A stretch of DNA of 64,000 nt from Atractiella rhizophila (lineage: Eukaryota), in contig MU271251.1 in NCBI GenBank assembly GCA_021432655.1, forward strand, positions 1 through 64,000, read 5' to 3'. The position numbers and the translations under genes were made by a program. A model generated the notes under the pieces. The model saw only the letters and a list, made by a program, of their open reading frames with translations. It did no database searches and was not told the DNA's origin. Shown here piece by piece: positions 15,901 to 27,436 of the stretch. How positions within the stretch are numbered: the first letter of the stretch is position 1; every line of letters starts with the position of its first letter.

Positions 15901-18420
15901 TGGTGTCTGGACATTTTTCTCAGTTTACCCTTCTCAAGGAAGCGATGTTAAGGCAAAAGCCTCCTCAAATGGTTCGAAAGCGACGGGCTCTGAAAGTGGT
16001 GTCTGGACATTTTTCTCGGTCTTGGGAAAGTCTGCGTGGCTTGTGCTCCTGTTGTTGATTATACTGGAACAGCTCCTTAGTGGGTACCGTCACTAAGCCT
16101 ACGGTTCTCCTTACGCATGAGATGCAGGTTTTAGGACGACAATTCTTTTGAACAACTGGGGGGAAAGTTCAAAGTACTTTCAGTTCACTCCTCCAACGCT
16201 ATCGAATATGTACCTCAAACAATACATTCTCTATCTTGTGACCACATTCTCAATGCGGTTGCTTTCCACCTTTCTGATAGAACAGAACGTCCTGAAGACT
16301 TCAAGTCACCTCTTCCAGAATTGCCTAGAACGATTTACTGGTGGAGCATTCCACTATTATGACAACACGTCCTTCGGTAAGGCGTTTCATATATTTTGCT
16401 GGGTTGTCAAACTAAGTGTATGAGCAGGAAATATTACCAATTGCTTCATGAACGACTTTGAGGTTATTGAAGAATCTCTTCCGCGCAAACTACGACATGG
16501 ACCAGTAATATCGTCTATCTATTCGTCGATAGTGAGCATCTTCCCAAGACATTTGGCTCTTTAGGTTATTCTTTCTCGCAGATGATGACACTAGGTGGTG
16601 CCCCTATGAAGCCGCGCTTCCCTCACCTTGCACCGATCAGGACCCTTTATCGGCAGTATACCTCAGCTTACACAGCAGTCAGTAAAACAGAAAAGAACCT
16701 CAAAGGACCTATCATAACTCACTTTTCCGAGAGCCAATTAGGGCTCGAGGTTATCCGAGCATTTTCGGCGGAGTCTTATCACTTCAGAATGCTGCTTGAC
16801 CGCATTGACGATTTCAGCAGATTTCATTATGGTATCTATCGCATATTGCTATCGGGCGTTATAACTCATCAGTACATGGACAGCAACTCGCTACATCAAT
16901 CGTTGGTTCATGTTTCGTTGCGATTTGCTCGGCCCGCTTTTCTTCACGACATTAAACATTATCTCTTTGTCCTTAGCTCCGGGAGCTATGGCGGTAATCC
17001 TAACAGCCAACAATCAACTGGCTCCAAACACGTATTGGACCATAAAGTGGGCTTTGCCCATCGTGCTAGCGTTTTCTGACGACTTTCCAGATATGTTGAG
17101 GAGCTAAAGCGAGACTTTGATTGTAATTCACTTATTTTACAGATTTCAAGTGCACTAACCCAATGTTAAGCCGTAGAACGTGTACGGGAGCTCCTAAATG
17201 TCCCGCAAGAGCGATTGGGATATCGTCCTTCACGTCTCCGTGGAGTTGTGTCCATCACGTTTGTAGGTACTTTATCACTCAGGAATTGACCAAATGAAAT
17301 CGGATCCACAGGAAGGGGTATACATCAAGCATCAGAGTAACCTACCAGACGCTATCAAGAACATGTCGTTTGTGATTCATGCAGGGGAGAAAGTTGCCAT
17401 AGTGGGTCGCACGGGTATGAGATCTCTACAGCTCCCTTCGCGCTTAATCAACAATTTTCAGGTGCTGGCAAGTCCACACTGATCAGCAGTATCCTAGGCG
17501 CTGTATTGCCTCACGAGGGATCAATCAGGTATGAACCATAACTTGGTTCGATGCCACTCTCTCAATCACTTAGTCTCAACGGGGTCGATATGATGAGCGT
17601 GGACTTAGCAACCCTCAGAAAAGAGATTGTACGTTTCCCCGTTGCGTGCCCGTGAGTGCGCCTAATTTGTTTTAGACATTTGTTCCCCAAGATCGTTTGC
17701 GTTTCCCTCCTCTTGGCCAATCTCATCACTCCTCTAGCAATTCTCTTTTCCTCAAGCGTCCGAAACAACCTTGATCCTCTGTCGATGGTGCGTGTTTAGT
17801 CGTAATTGAGAAAAGTCTAACAGGAGAATGGCCAGCATACCGATGAAGAGTGTCTGCATGTGTTGCAAGGTTGCCAACTGCTGACTGGGACCACTGTGAC
17901 TTCCCTCACAGCGAATATAACGGAAATGAGTGTAGGGGAAAGACAACTGCTTTGCCTTGCTGTAAGTTTACGCTCCCGTGGTTGAGGCAGATCTCATGTC
18001 TGTCAACAGAGGGGAATGTTGAGGTACTTCCAAATCCATTTACCAGCTGGCATCATCTAACTTGCTGATAGGAACTCTGGCCTCGTAATACTTGACGAGG
18101 TCTGTCAATTTTTAAGTCAAATCTATTGCTTCAACGACTACCAGGCTACCTCTTCGTTAGATTTTGCGTCAGAAAAGAAGATAAAGTCGGTCATACAGAG
18201 TGGCTTCGGAAACTCCACGATACTTTCAGTTATTCATCGAGTGAGTGAATTCTTGACTTCGTCACTAATGACGGACTGGCAGCAGCTTCATGATCTGGAT
18301 TTCTACGACCGAGTACTTGTGTTAGAGGAAGGCAGAGTAGTTGAATTCGATACCCCTTCCAAATTGAGGAGGGCGGACGGTCTTCTCGCAAAAATGTTGG
18401 CAGCATCTTGTGCGAATTAG
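12946..18420 (+). CDS. Divergent ABCC/MRP-type ABC transporter (many short exons; boundaries approximate)
   Basis: NBD1 GSSGSGKTS, AYCSQLPWL, LSGGQKAR; NBD2 GEKVAIVGRTGAGKST, MSVGERQLLCLA, ILDEATSSLD, VIHR; transmembrane segments between. Confidence 0.82.
15827..16017 (+). repeat. Tandem direct duplication, 96-bp period (2 copies, 95 bp identical), in frame in the ABC transporter linker
   Basis: 15827-15921 is identical to 15923-16017; peptide VYPSQGSDVKAKASSNGSKATGSESGVWTFFS occurs twice. Confidence 0.97.
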
Positions 18421-18472
18421 AGCATGTATTGATAAAGTTGACGTTGCGGGGACTGTACATTGGAATTCAAGT

Positions 18473-19696
18473 TCAATACGTCCACCCAGCCTTTTGCCTC
18501 TTGAGAAGCTCGTCTACAGTGTCCTCAAAAATCCTTGTCGCCGGAATAAAATTCATGTTTAGAATCGTTTTGGCGGGACTCGTGTCCATCTCGCAAACTG
18601 GTCTCACTTCTGGAGGCAGGTCAGCATGGATTTGTGGAAGTCTATTGCGTAGTTCTGGCCGAGATTCACTGAGGTGCTTCACAACGTCTCTCCATAGCAT
18701 AGATCCGCTCGCAATAATGAATCTTCCTCCCTTCGCGTCCTCAACCTGTAGCGCCTTCACATGTGCGTCTGCGACATCTCGTACATCACAGAGAGGTGGG
18801 ACTCGATCCTCTGGCATGCTGGCGACTTCTCCGCTAATCAGTCTGTACACGTTGATGGATGAGGTATTGAGGTCCTCAGGGCCACGAAGAGGTTGACCTG
18901 GAGGTCCATAGATCATGGGTGGGTTGACTGGGCCGAATTATCAGTTAATCGATACAGAACGCGGCACAAGGTACGCACTTGTTACCAGCTCTAGGTCGTT
19001 CTCAAGGCAGAACTTTCGAGCTGCTTCTTCTGCAAATTTTTTCGACGCACTGTAGACCGTGCCAGCGTGAGTTTCTGAAAGTGCTTCATCCCAAGTGATC
19101 GGATTCCAGTCTATGTGTACATATATGTGACTCGACATAGGAATAACCAGCATACTCACCTGCAGAGGTATAACAGTAATTACGCCAACAGTGTCCAAGT
19201 TTTCTGTCAAAAATCGCTGCCATCGACGACGTAAGAACGACTCTACGAACAGCCGCTTTCTTCGCATACTTGAGGATATTGACTGTAGCATCGATGGCTG
19301 GTCTCAGCATATCTCGTTCATTGTCTTCGATTTGATAGTGGAATGGGCTGGCAACGTGGGCAACAAAATCGCAACCTGTTTCTCAAAATTGAAGGAAATG
19401 TTGATCCCATCGCTCCACCCACCTTCAAGAGTTTCCGATAGATTCCCATGTAAAAGGTCTGCAACTTCGACAATTTCACACTTTCCATTCGCGATGAAAT
19501 CTTGAAACTCTCGCCGAAGCGCCTCTTCAGACTTTGACGAGGATCTGACGGTTCCGCGGACGTGATACCCAGCCTGAAGCAATCGTTTGGCCTTTCATAA
19601 TAAAACACACTAAGTTTCAGCAGCCAGAATTGACATAGAACTCACAACTTCAAATCCTACAAAACCATTCGCTCCAGTTACTAATACTCTGGGCAT
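18473..19696 (-). CDS. NAD(P)-dependent epimerase/dehydratase-family reductase (Gre2/aldehyde reductase II-like)
   Basis: MPRVLVTGANGFVG, GYHVRGTVRS, RRVVLTSSMAA, catalytic YSASK, CDVRDVADAHV. Confidence 0.9.
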
Positions 19697-20098
19697 ACTG
19701 AAGTGAGCACTAGTAGATCAGAGTTGGTCTTCGTCGTGGGTGATGAGGCTAACTGGTTTAGCACCGTAACACTATATATAACTGCTGCCGGGGTTTTCAC
19801 TCATTGATACTCATTCCTCAGTGAAACGCCGGGACGCGCGTTCAACAATTCTTCTCATCGCATCTATGTGCATGATGGGATAGACTGAGGCTTCAACCCT
19901 GTGTGTGTGGTACTAGGTTTGAGTGGGACCAACGCCGTGGGATATCGCATCTAGCAACAACTTGACCCCCGAATTGCAGCTGGCTTGGCCGAATTTGCAG
20001 CAGAGGGCGCATACTTTGCACGGAGGTTGTACAAACTCATTCAAATTTTGCCACGGCATCTATTATGTAGTTAATGACGGTATTTGTACACTAGTGAG

Positions 20099-21841
20099 TC
20101 AGTCCGCGACCATGCCTTCTTCTTCTTCATGCCCACCGGGGATGCAACGCTTCTTCGCAGTGTTATCCTTACTCTTTTCGCGCGCAACGTCAAATTCCTG
20201 CCAGTCCAGATTAAGCCCTCGCTCCAGTCCTAGTTGTTCCATGAGGTCGATAGGGAATCCGTAGGTCTCGTACATTTTCCAGAGCTGACTTCCGGTAATT
20301 ACTTGGCCATCGGGACGTGTTCGTGCCAGCTTGTCGAACACTCGTTCGCAACGATGAATGATTTTGCAGAAAGCAGCTTCCTCCTTTTGCAAAGTAGCAA
20401 TTATGGTTGGAAGCTGGCCTCGCATGTTGGGATAGGTTGATCCCTAAGGTATGCCAGCATCTGGGAATGTACTCGAGTTGGGCCAAAAAAAGGCTCACCA
20501 TTTGTTCGATACAAACCTTCACCAAGCGCGGCCAGAAATCCTCGATTTCTTGGCCTAGCAGCCTCGTCATGCTAACGGCTCTTCTAAAAATTTTCCTTAA
20601 AACATGGCCGCGACCAGAACTATTAGGGAGTTGACCATCGGCGATAGCCACGCATATCGCACGCACATGGTCCACTATGACCCTGTAAGCCGTATCGATG
20701 TTTCCTACATCTTGAACTCCGAAGTGACCATCGTAAGGTTTCAAGGAGGCAGAAGGATTCGACTTGCAAAGTTCATAGACTGTATGAAGGAGATGTGAAA
20801 AGAGATCCGTATCGTAACTGTTTGTTTTGCCTTGCATAATCGAGACCAAGCGTTCCAACCCCATTCCAGTATCGATGTATTCGTAGCCAACGGGCCGAAG
20901 AGATCCATCGTCTTGCAGGAAAAGGGAAACGAAGGCGATGTCCCAGAATTCTACGAGAAAAGGATCTGAAGCGTTCACCAACGTCGGATCTCGATTGCTG
21001 ATAAAGTCGAAGTGAATTTTGCTGCTGGGACCGCACGGCCCAACCGCGCCCATTTCTAATTATTACATGCTGATGTTACCTAGCTCGTCTTAACAGAATG
21101 CAGACCTACTCCAAAAATTCAACACCTTATCTCCAGGGATGATGTGACAGTCGTTAACTCCCAAGTTTCTCCAAATGTCTCTACACTCAAGGTCGGGTTC
21201 TATTCGCTTCGCATAATCGCCAGGGTAGTAGGACACGTAAAGGCGATCTGCTGGAATGTTATACACATCTGTGAGCAGTTCCCAAGCCATTGATAGCGCT
21301 TCCGTCTGCGAGATATACCTTGTAAGTGACACGCTCGCAGTCAGGATAGAATGCCAACCTTGGAGTAGTCGCCGAAACTCCAGTTTCCCAGCATCTCAAA
21401 GAAGGTATGCCAGCACGGATCTCTCCCAACATTCTCAATATCTAACATGCGTATCAGAACCAGCCTGTTATAACATGTTATTACTTCCCGCCAAGCTTCC
21501 CTCCCACTCGAATGCACTTCTGGACACTGGCCGCTCTCCTTAGGTTTCTTAAGGGGGATTCTGAGTCGACTGTTTGAAGGAAGATCGGTTTGAACTGAGA
21601 AGGCGATCAGAACTCTGAGTTGGGGCGACAGATTTACTTGAAACATTCCTGCACCAGTGAACAGCGCCGTCGGGTCCTACAAAGATATCAGCACTCCTGA
21701 GCGATGGATCAATCCAGTCTGGGGATAATGATATACATCGTGTGGTACTACAGAACTTGATGGCACTAGAGTGTGTCCTCGCTGTTGGAAGAAGTCGAGG
21801 AACGTTTGTTTCACTTTCGATGATGGCCAGGATGTGACCAT
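20099..21841 (-). CDS. Truncated alanyl-tRNA synthetase-like protein, copy A (aminoacylation module only; one non-canonical splice donor, possibly pseudogenising)
   Basis: [93 protein letters not shown], then stop; no editing or C-Ala domain. Confidence 0.85.
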
Positions 21842-22214
21842 TGTTGCGAGCACACGAGCTGACGTTTGTTGGGAGGTGCATCAGGACCGACTGTGGGTCT
21901 TTATGAAGACTGGAGGCTGCGTCGCGACCTACGCAGGACAAAGTCGGAGTCAGGGCCATTTGGGACATCTGTTTGACTGGGCTAGGCATGGAGAAGTGAG
22001 AATGGAGGGGGAGCCTGTGAGTTATTGGCGCCGTCAGCCTGGCCAAGAAAGAAGTGGGAAACAAGGCAGAACACACGCGGCATGTTTAATTTAATACTCC
22101 AAAAACGAGAGCATATATATAGGACAACCTTATCAAATTATCAACTGGGTTGACGCATTAACTTCACACAAAATACCCTAAGTATTCATATTTGCCTGAA
22201 TACAACCCAAAAGC

Positions 22215-23918
22215 TTAGGTTTCTAGTGCTCCCTTACTCTCAGGCTTTGTTCCTTTCTTACTTTTCCTTTTCATCAACTCAAAACCTCCCCAGTCCATCT
22301 TTAGCCCGCGCTCCTCTGCAAGGCAAGCCATGAGATCTGTAGGGAAACCGTGAGTCTCGTACAATTTCCAGATCTCCTCTCCGGTGAGTTCACTACTGTG
22401 AACAGATTGAGCCAACTGGAGGAACGATTTTTCGCAGCGCTGAATGACTTTGTCAAAGGCCTCTTCTTCTTTATCAAGAACTGAAATGATGGTCGATAGC
22501 TTGCCTCGCAGGCTAGGGTAAGACGGTTCCTGTTCCAAATCAAGAAGTGGAGCATACAATAAAAGAGTGCCCACCATCAGTTCAACAAACGCCTGACATA
22601 AACTGACCCAGAAGCTCCTGTCTTCGACAACAAACGCAGTGCGTTTCACAAGGTGAGCTCTTCGAAATATCTTTCTGAGAACATAGCCGCGACCAGAGTT
22701 GTCAGGCATCTGTCCATCAGCAATCGCGATGCAGAGAGTCCTTGTATGATCCGCCACAATTCGATAGGCAGAATCAACATTCCCGACGTCGTCCGATCCT
22801 ACTTTGCCACCGTAAGGATGTAATGTGGGATTCTTCACTGTGCAGATCTTGTATATTGAGTTGAGCAGAGCTTCGAAGATATCCGTGTCGTAATTGCTTG
22901 TCTTGCTTTGTAGGATCGAAACCAAGCGCTCAAGTCCCATCCCAGTATCAACGTGCCTTTGTGGGAGTGGTTCAAGTGACCCGTCCACCTGTCGCGAGAA
23001 CGAAATAAAGACATTGTTCCAGATCTCGAGAACTGAGTCGTCCGACGTGTTCACTATCGATGAAGCGTCGCGATTTCCAATCAAGTCAAAATGAATTTCA
23101 CTGCTCGGTCCGCAAGGGCCTGTGCTACCCATTTCTTTCTCTTGCATTAGCTCTGCGATGGCCTCTTAAGCGGAGATTTACCCCAAAAATTGTCTTTACA
23201 GTTTCCTTGGACAATACGCTCCTCAGGAATGCCCAACTTTCTCCAAATATCTCGGCTTTCGTAGTCCGGATCCAGGCACTGTCGAGCGTCACCTTGAAAG
23301 TAAGTGACATAAAAGCGATCCTCCGGAAGCTGATACACCTTCGTGAGAAGCTCCCAGGACATTGAAAGAGCTTCTTCCTGCTCGCCAAACCAGTCATTAC
23401 AGGAAGCATAACCGAAATAGCAGTACTCACCTTCCAATAATTCCCGAAACTCCAATTACCCAGCATCTCAAAGAACGAGTGCCTGCAAAGGTCTTTCCCA
23501 ACATTTTCCAAATCTGTCGACAATCTGCTTAGACACACAACAAAGAAATTAGTGAAACCACGATACCGTTGTGCTTTCCTCCTGCACGAATACACTTTTG
23601 AATGCTAGTCGCTTGCTGCAGGTTCGCCAAAGGAGAAGTTGGTTGAACGGCTCCCAGGAATATAGATTTGAACTGCTCGCCAAGTTATTTCTACTACATA
23701 AAGTTTGTTGAAGGAAGCGAACTTGATTCATTCCAGCGTTGGTGAACAGTAGAGTTGGATCCTATTGCCATCTTTCTCGTAGGTGTTTGCTCCAGAACGG
23801 AAAAGCTTACATCTTCGAGAACTACTGAGCTAGAGGGTATCAACGTGTGACCTCTCTGCACGAAAAAATCAAGGAAAGTCTGTTTGACTTTCGAAACTGG
23901 CCACTGGTTTGCATCCAT
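22215..23918 (-). CDS. Truncated alanyl-tRNA synthetase-like protein, copy B (aminoacylation module only)
   Basis: [108 protein letters not shown], then stop; canonical GT-AG introns. Confidence 0.9.
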
Positions 23919-24240
23919 AATGCTGACTGCTTGTGCTTGCCATTCCCATGTCAATCACCTTTTATGTGCCTTTACAGCCATCACTCAAGCTGACTGGGAC
24001 GAAAGCAATGTATTGCCGTCTGGGCTCGAGCTCGAGTCGCAACCATTTATATGAGTTGTCACTAGAGGAGAATTAACATAACGAAGTCGAGTCATTCCCC
24101 ACACCGAATGTGCGCTACAAAATTATCCCACGGTACACGATTAACAAACATTGACCCTGGGTGGTGTCAAATCAGTGATGCAAGCAAGGATGCAGAGGAT
24201 GGGAGGCGAAAATAAGTGCTCACCAAGAGAACTCAACACT

Positions 24241-26691
24241 CTAAATATTCTCCTTGACCATCACATCGTCTCTCTTCCCTATCACCTCAACGAGGCTTGT
24301 GTATCCGCATAGTCCCATTGTGATCTCTAAATCGGCCAACAGGCACTTGAGCACCATTTCTACTCCTTCCTGTCCAGCAATAGCCAAACCGTAAAGGAAT
24401 GGCCGTCCGACTAAATATCCCAAGTCAACCAGATTTGCATTTTGATGGGAACCAAGATAGCGAAACTAAACGCACTCAAAACTCCCTGAGCACCAAGGGC
24501 TAAAGCCTTCAAAATGTCGCTTCCCGTCCGTATTCCAGAGTCAAAAAGTACCGTGAACTTGCCCTCCGCCTGTGCGGCTGCAATTGTTGGATCGGCGCAG
24601 ATGCGGTCGAGGGCTAGGAGCGCGGGGATGGCCCCATCGACTTGTCTTCCCCCTACAGGCGGAGCGTCGAAGATGAGGAGATACCTCGGTAAAGGGACTG
24701 TGAAGAGGACCTACCGTGATTGGATACGACGACACCGTGTACTCCTGCTTCCAGGGCTCGTTTCGCATCCTACATGTCCCTTCAATTTCATCCGCGATAG
24801 AGAGAGGAACCGAAATCTCACATCCGGCCTAAGGACACCTTTCAAAATAATTTTACCCTCCCAGTTATTCTTGATAATCTTAAGATCCTCCCATGTCTTA
24901 TAAGTGCCCGAGCAAATCTCTCCTAATAACTTGACACTATAGTTGACAATCTTCAAAGCCTCTTGATCTCCCCTCTGCAGCTTGTCGTGCCACTCTGCAG
25001 GGACGTAAGGGAACGGGGGCTCCGTGATGATTGGCCGTGTACCCTGCTGGGCCATGAAGAGTGGATCGGAGATGCCGATGGACGTGCCGTATCCGTGTGC
25101 GAAGGGAAGATAAGAGGCATCCAAGTCGTGCGGCCGCCAGCCCAGTTGCATGGTATCGAGGGTGATGACAAGGGTGGTGTAGCCTTCCTTTCTGGCTCTC
25201 CTCAGCAGTGACAGGGTGACATCTACGTTCTTCGGCCTTCAAAAGGGAAACGTCATTGCCTTCATTCCGTCAGGGAGAGAGACCCACGAACCAATAAAGT
25301 TGGAACCACCTCTCGCCCTCTCCACTCGCTTTCGCAACAGCCTCCAATGTCCTTGTTGCGGCTGTGGAAAGGGTAAATGGGATCTTCATTTTACTCGCAG
25401 CCCTCGCCGTCGCACATTCAGCGTCGGAATGTAAGAGCCCTTGAACACCAATAGGGGCGATTATGAGTGGCGTCGGACGATTGACGCCGAATATGTCTGT
25501 CTGTCAACATTGAACGTCTTGTGAGGCAAAGCGGTGGTAGGAGGGGGAAAGGAGGACAAACGGAGACGTTACGATGCGTTGTATTTACTAACATACGTGG
25601 TTGCAGGTGGTAGTTTTCGAAGGCGCGCCGGTTGGCTGCCTCTGTTGAGCAGGTGCCCGCACTCCCAAAGGTGTACAGAAATGCATCTAACATAAGTGTC
25701 AACCGCCTACTCTTTACCTCTTAAGATAGACTTCATAAATGAGAATGCTGATTTGAATCGCTAGAGGGCGGCCCTTTCTATCTGGGGCAGCGTCTACCGC
25801 AGGTAATTGAAGCAATCTCTTTCTCCATCGCACGGAATTGGTAGATCGGTCAATGTGTGAGCAATTTCAGAGGATCGAATTCGATCCACAATAGCTTTCT
25901 ATCTGCATGCGGCGGTGAAGGACGCTGCGGCTCTTGCAACACAATCTCGACCAGGTCTCAACGCAAGTTTTACACGCGTTCTTAGGTATCAGAATTGAAA
26001 GAGATGGATAGTTCAGCAATACAGCACTCGACCGTGACATCTGCGGACTCGGGTTGAGAAGATAATTGTAGAGCGAAATGTTGCACCTTCCACCTCCTCA
26101 ACCCAACCCAGAAGATTTCCAGAGACAGATGTCTCAACATGAGCTGGCAATAGCAACCGGTTGAAACGCCATGCAGAAAGTCACCGGGTGGATGTCCTCA
26201 CACGAAACCTCGGGCACATTACGGGAAGGGGATGACGAAGCGCGCACAACTTGAAACAATGTCTGGGCCATCACCTTCGGTTGCATCTAGGCGTACTGAG
26301 CGAGCCACGCACTTTAGGAGGATGCTAATCTTCGAGAAGGATGCCCGACGTTATGATGAAGAAAGGAACTCTTCCAAAAGGCACCATGCACAGCATCACA
26401 TCAATTCAGGGCAAGAAAATGAAAGTGAAGCTGAAACATGCACGAAGAAAGGCGAAATTGCACGGGAATCGAGGGAAAAATGAAGGAAAACGCACTGATG
26501 TTCTGGGCAAACTTTTCCCTCGCCTTCTCCTCCCACTTCCTCCAGTCCACGCTCCCAAGCGGCTCAGGGGCCTGCCCAAGTCTATAGATTTCCTCTAAAT
26601 AGGCAGAATATTTTATTCCTTCCGGCTGCCTTGGAGTTCTGAGCGATCTCAGGATGTCGGTCGAGGTTAAGGAGGACTTGGTTTCTGCCAT
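24241..26691 (-). CDS. FMN-dependent alpha-hydroxy acid oxidase/dehydrogenase (lactate 2-monooxygenase-like; no cytochrome b5 domain seen)
   Basis: FGSAGTCSTEAANRRAF, IIAPIGVQG, WFQLYW, TLDTMQLGWRPHDL, ILKGVL, VSNHG, FDSGIRTG, VGRPFLYGLA; 809-nt first intron at 25687-26495. Confidence 0.9.
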
Positions 26692-27436
26692 CTTGTCGGT
26701 GACGCTGACGTAGGCGATGAGATGGTAGAAGGTAAGAAGGTGAGATGGAGAGGCTGAAAAATTGTTTGAGGGGGATAGCTGTTGGTCGTCTTGAGAGTGT
26801 TGCTTGGACAGGAAAAGCAGGAGACGCGCAAAGGCTAAATCGGGTACGCTGTTTCGATAACGTTCGATCACGATCAGGCCGATGAGGTTTTGCTGGAACT
26901 GGAACGAGCGAAAGGCCCGTGAAAAGCTTTGGTCCCTGGGTGAAAGGTTAGGGGTTTACTCTTTCACGTCATTAACTGGCGTCAACCAGCTTCAACTAAT
27001 TAACTTGACTCTTGAGGAGCTTGAAGGTGACAGCAAGAGCTTCTGCTTTAACTAGCACTAGGAATTACAGTACAGCCCATCTCGCAAGCTGTTTCTCACA
27101 ACTGTGTAACCTGGAATTGACGCAGTTACTCCGCAGAGCCTCAGGGTTGCCGCCGCGTAGCCTCTTCATACTCTCACTGTGAAATTCTGCCTCTGACCAA
27201 CGAACGGGTTTGCCCCTACGAATTTACAACGAAGGAAGGGTTCAGCTTAGGAGCAATAAGCCACCAGGTGCGTCTCTTTCCGTTCCTGCTCCAATTCAAG
27301 GACCGGAAAGCTTACGGTCCCCAACCGCGGCAATTTCAGGCTTGCTTTGAGCTAACGCTTATTACACAACTTGAAAGAGGCAGGCAGCTCTACACCACTT
27401 TCTGGCGCTCCAAAGAGAAACAGAGAAGTTCACGTC

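Noticed and set aside
21549..22076. 175-aa ORF as a targeting presequence for AlaRS-like copy A
   Set aside because: It is in a different frame from the AlaRS-homologous exon that starts at ATG 21841
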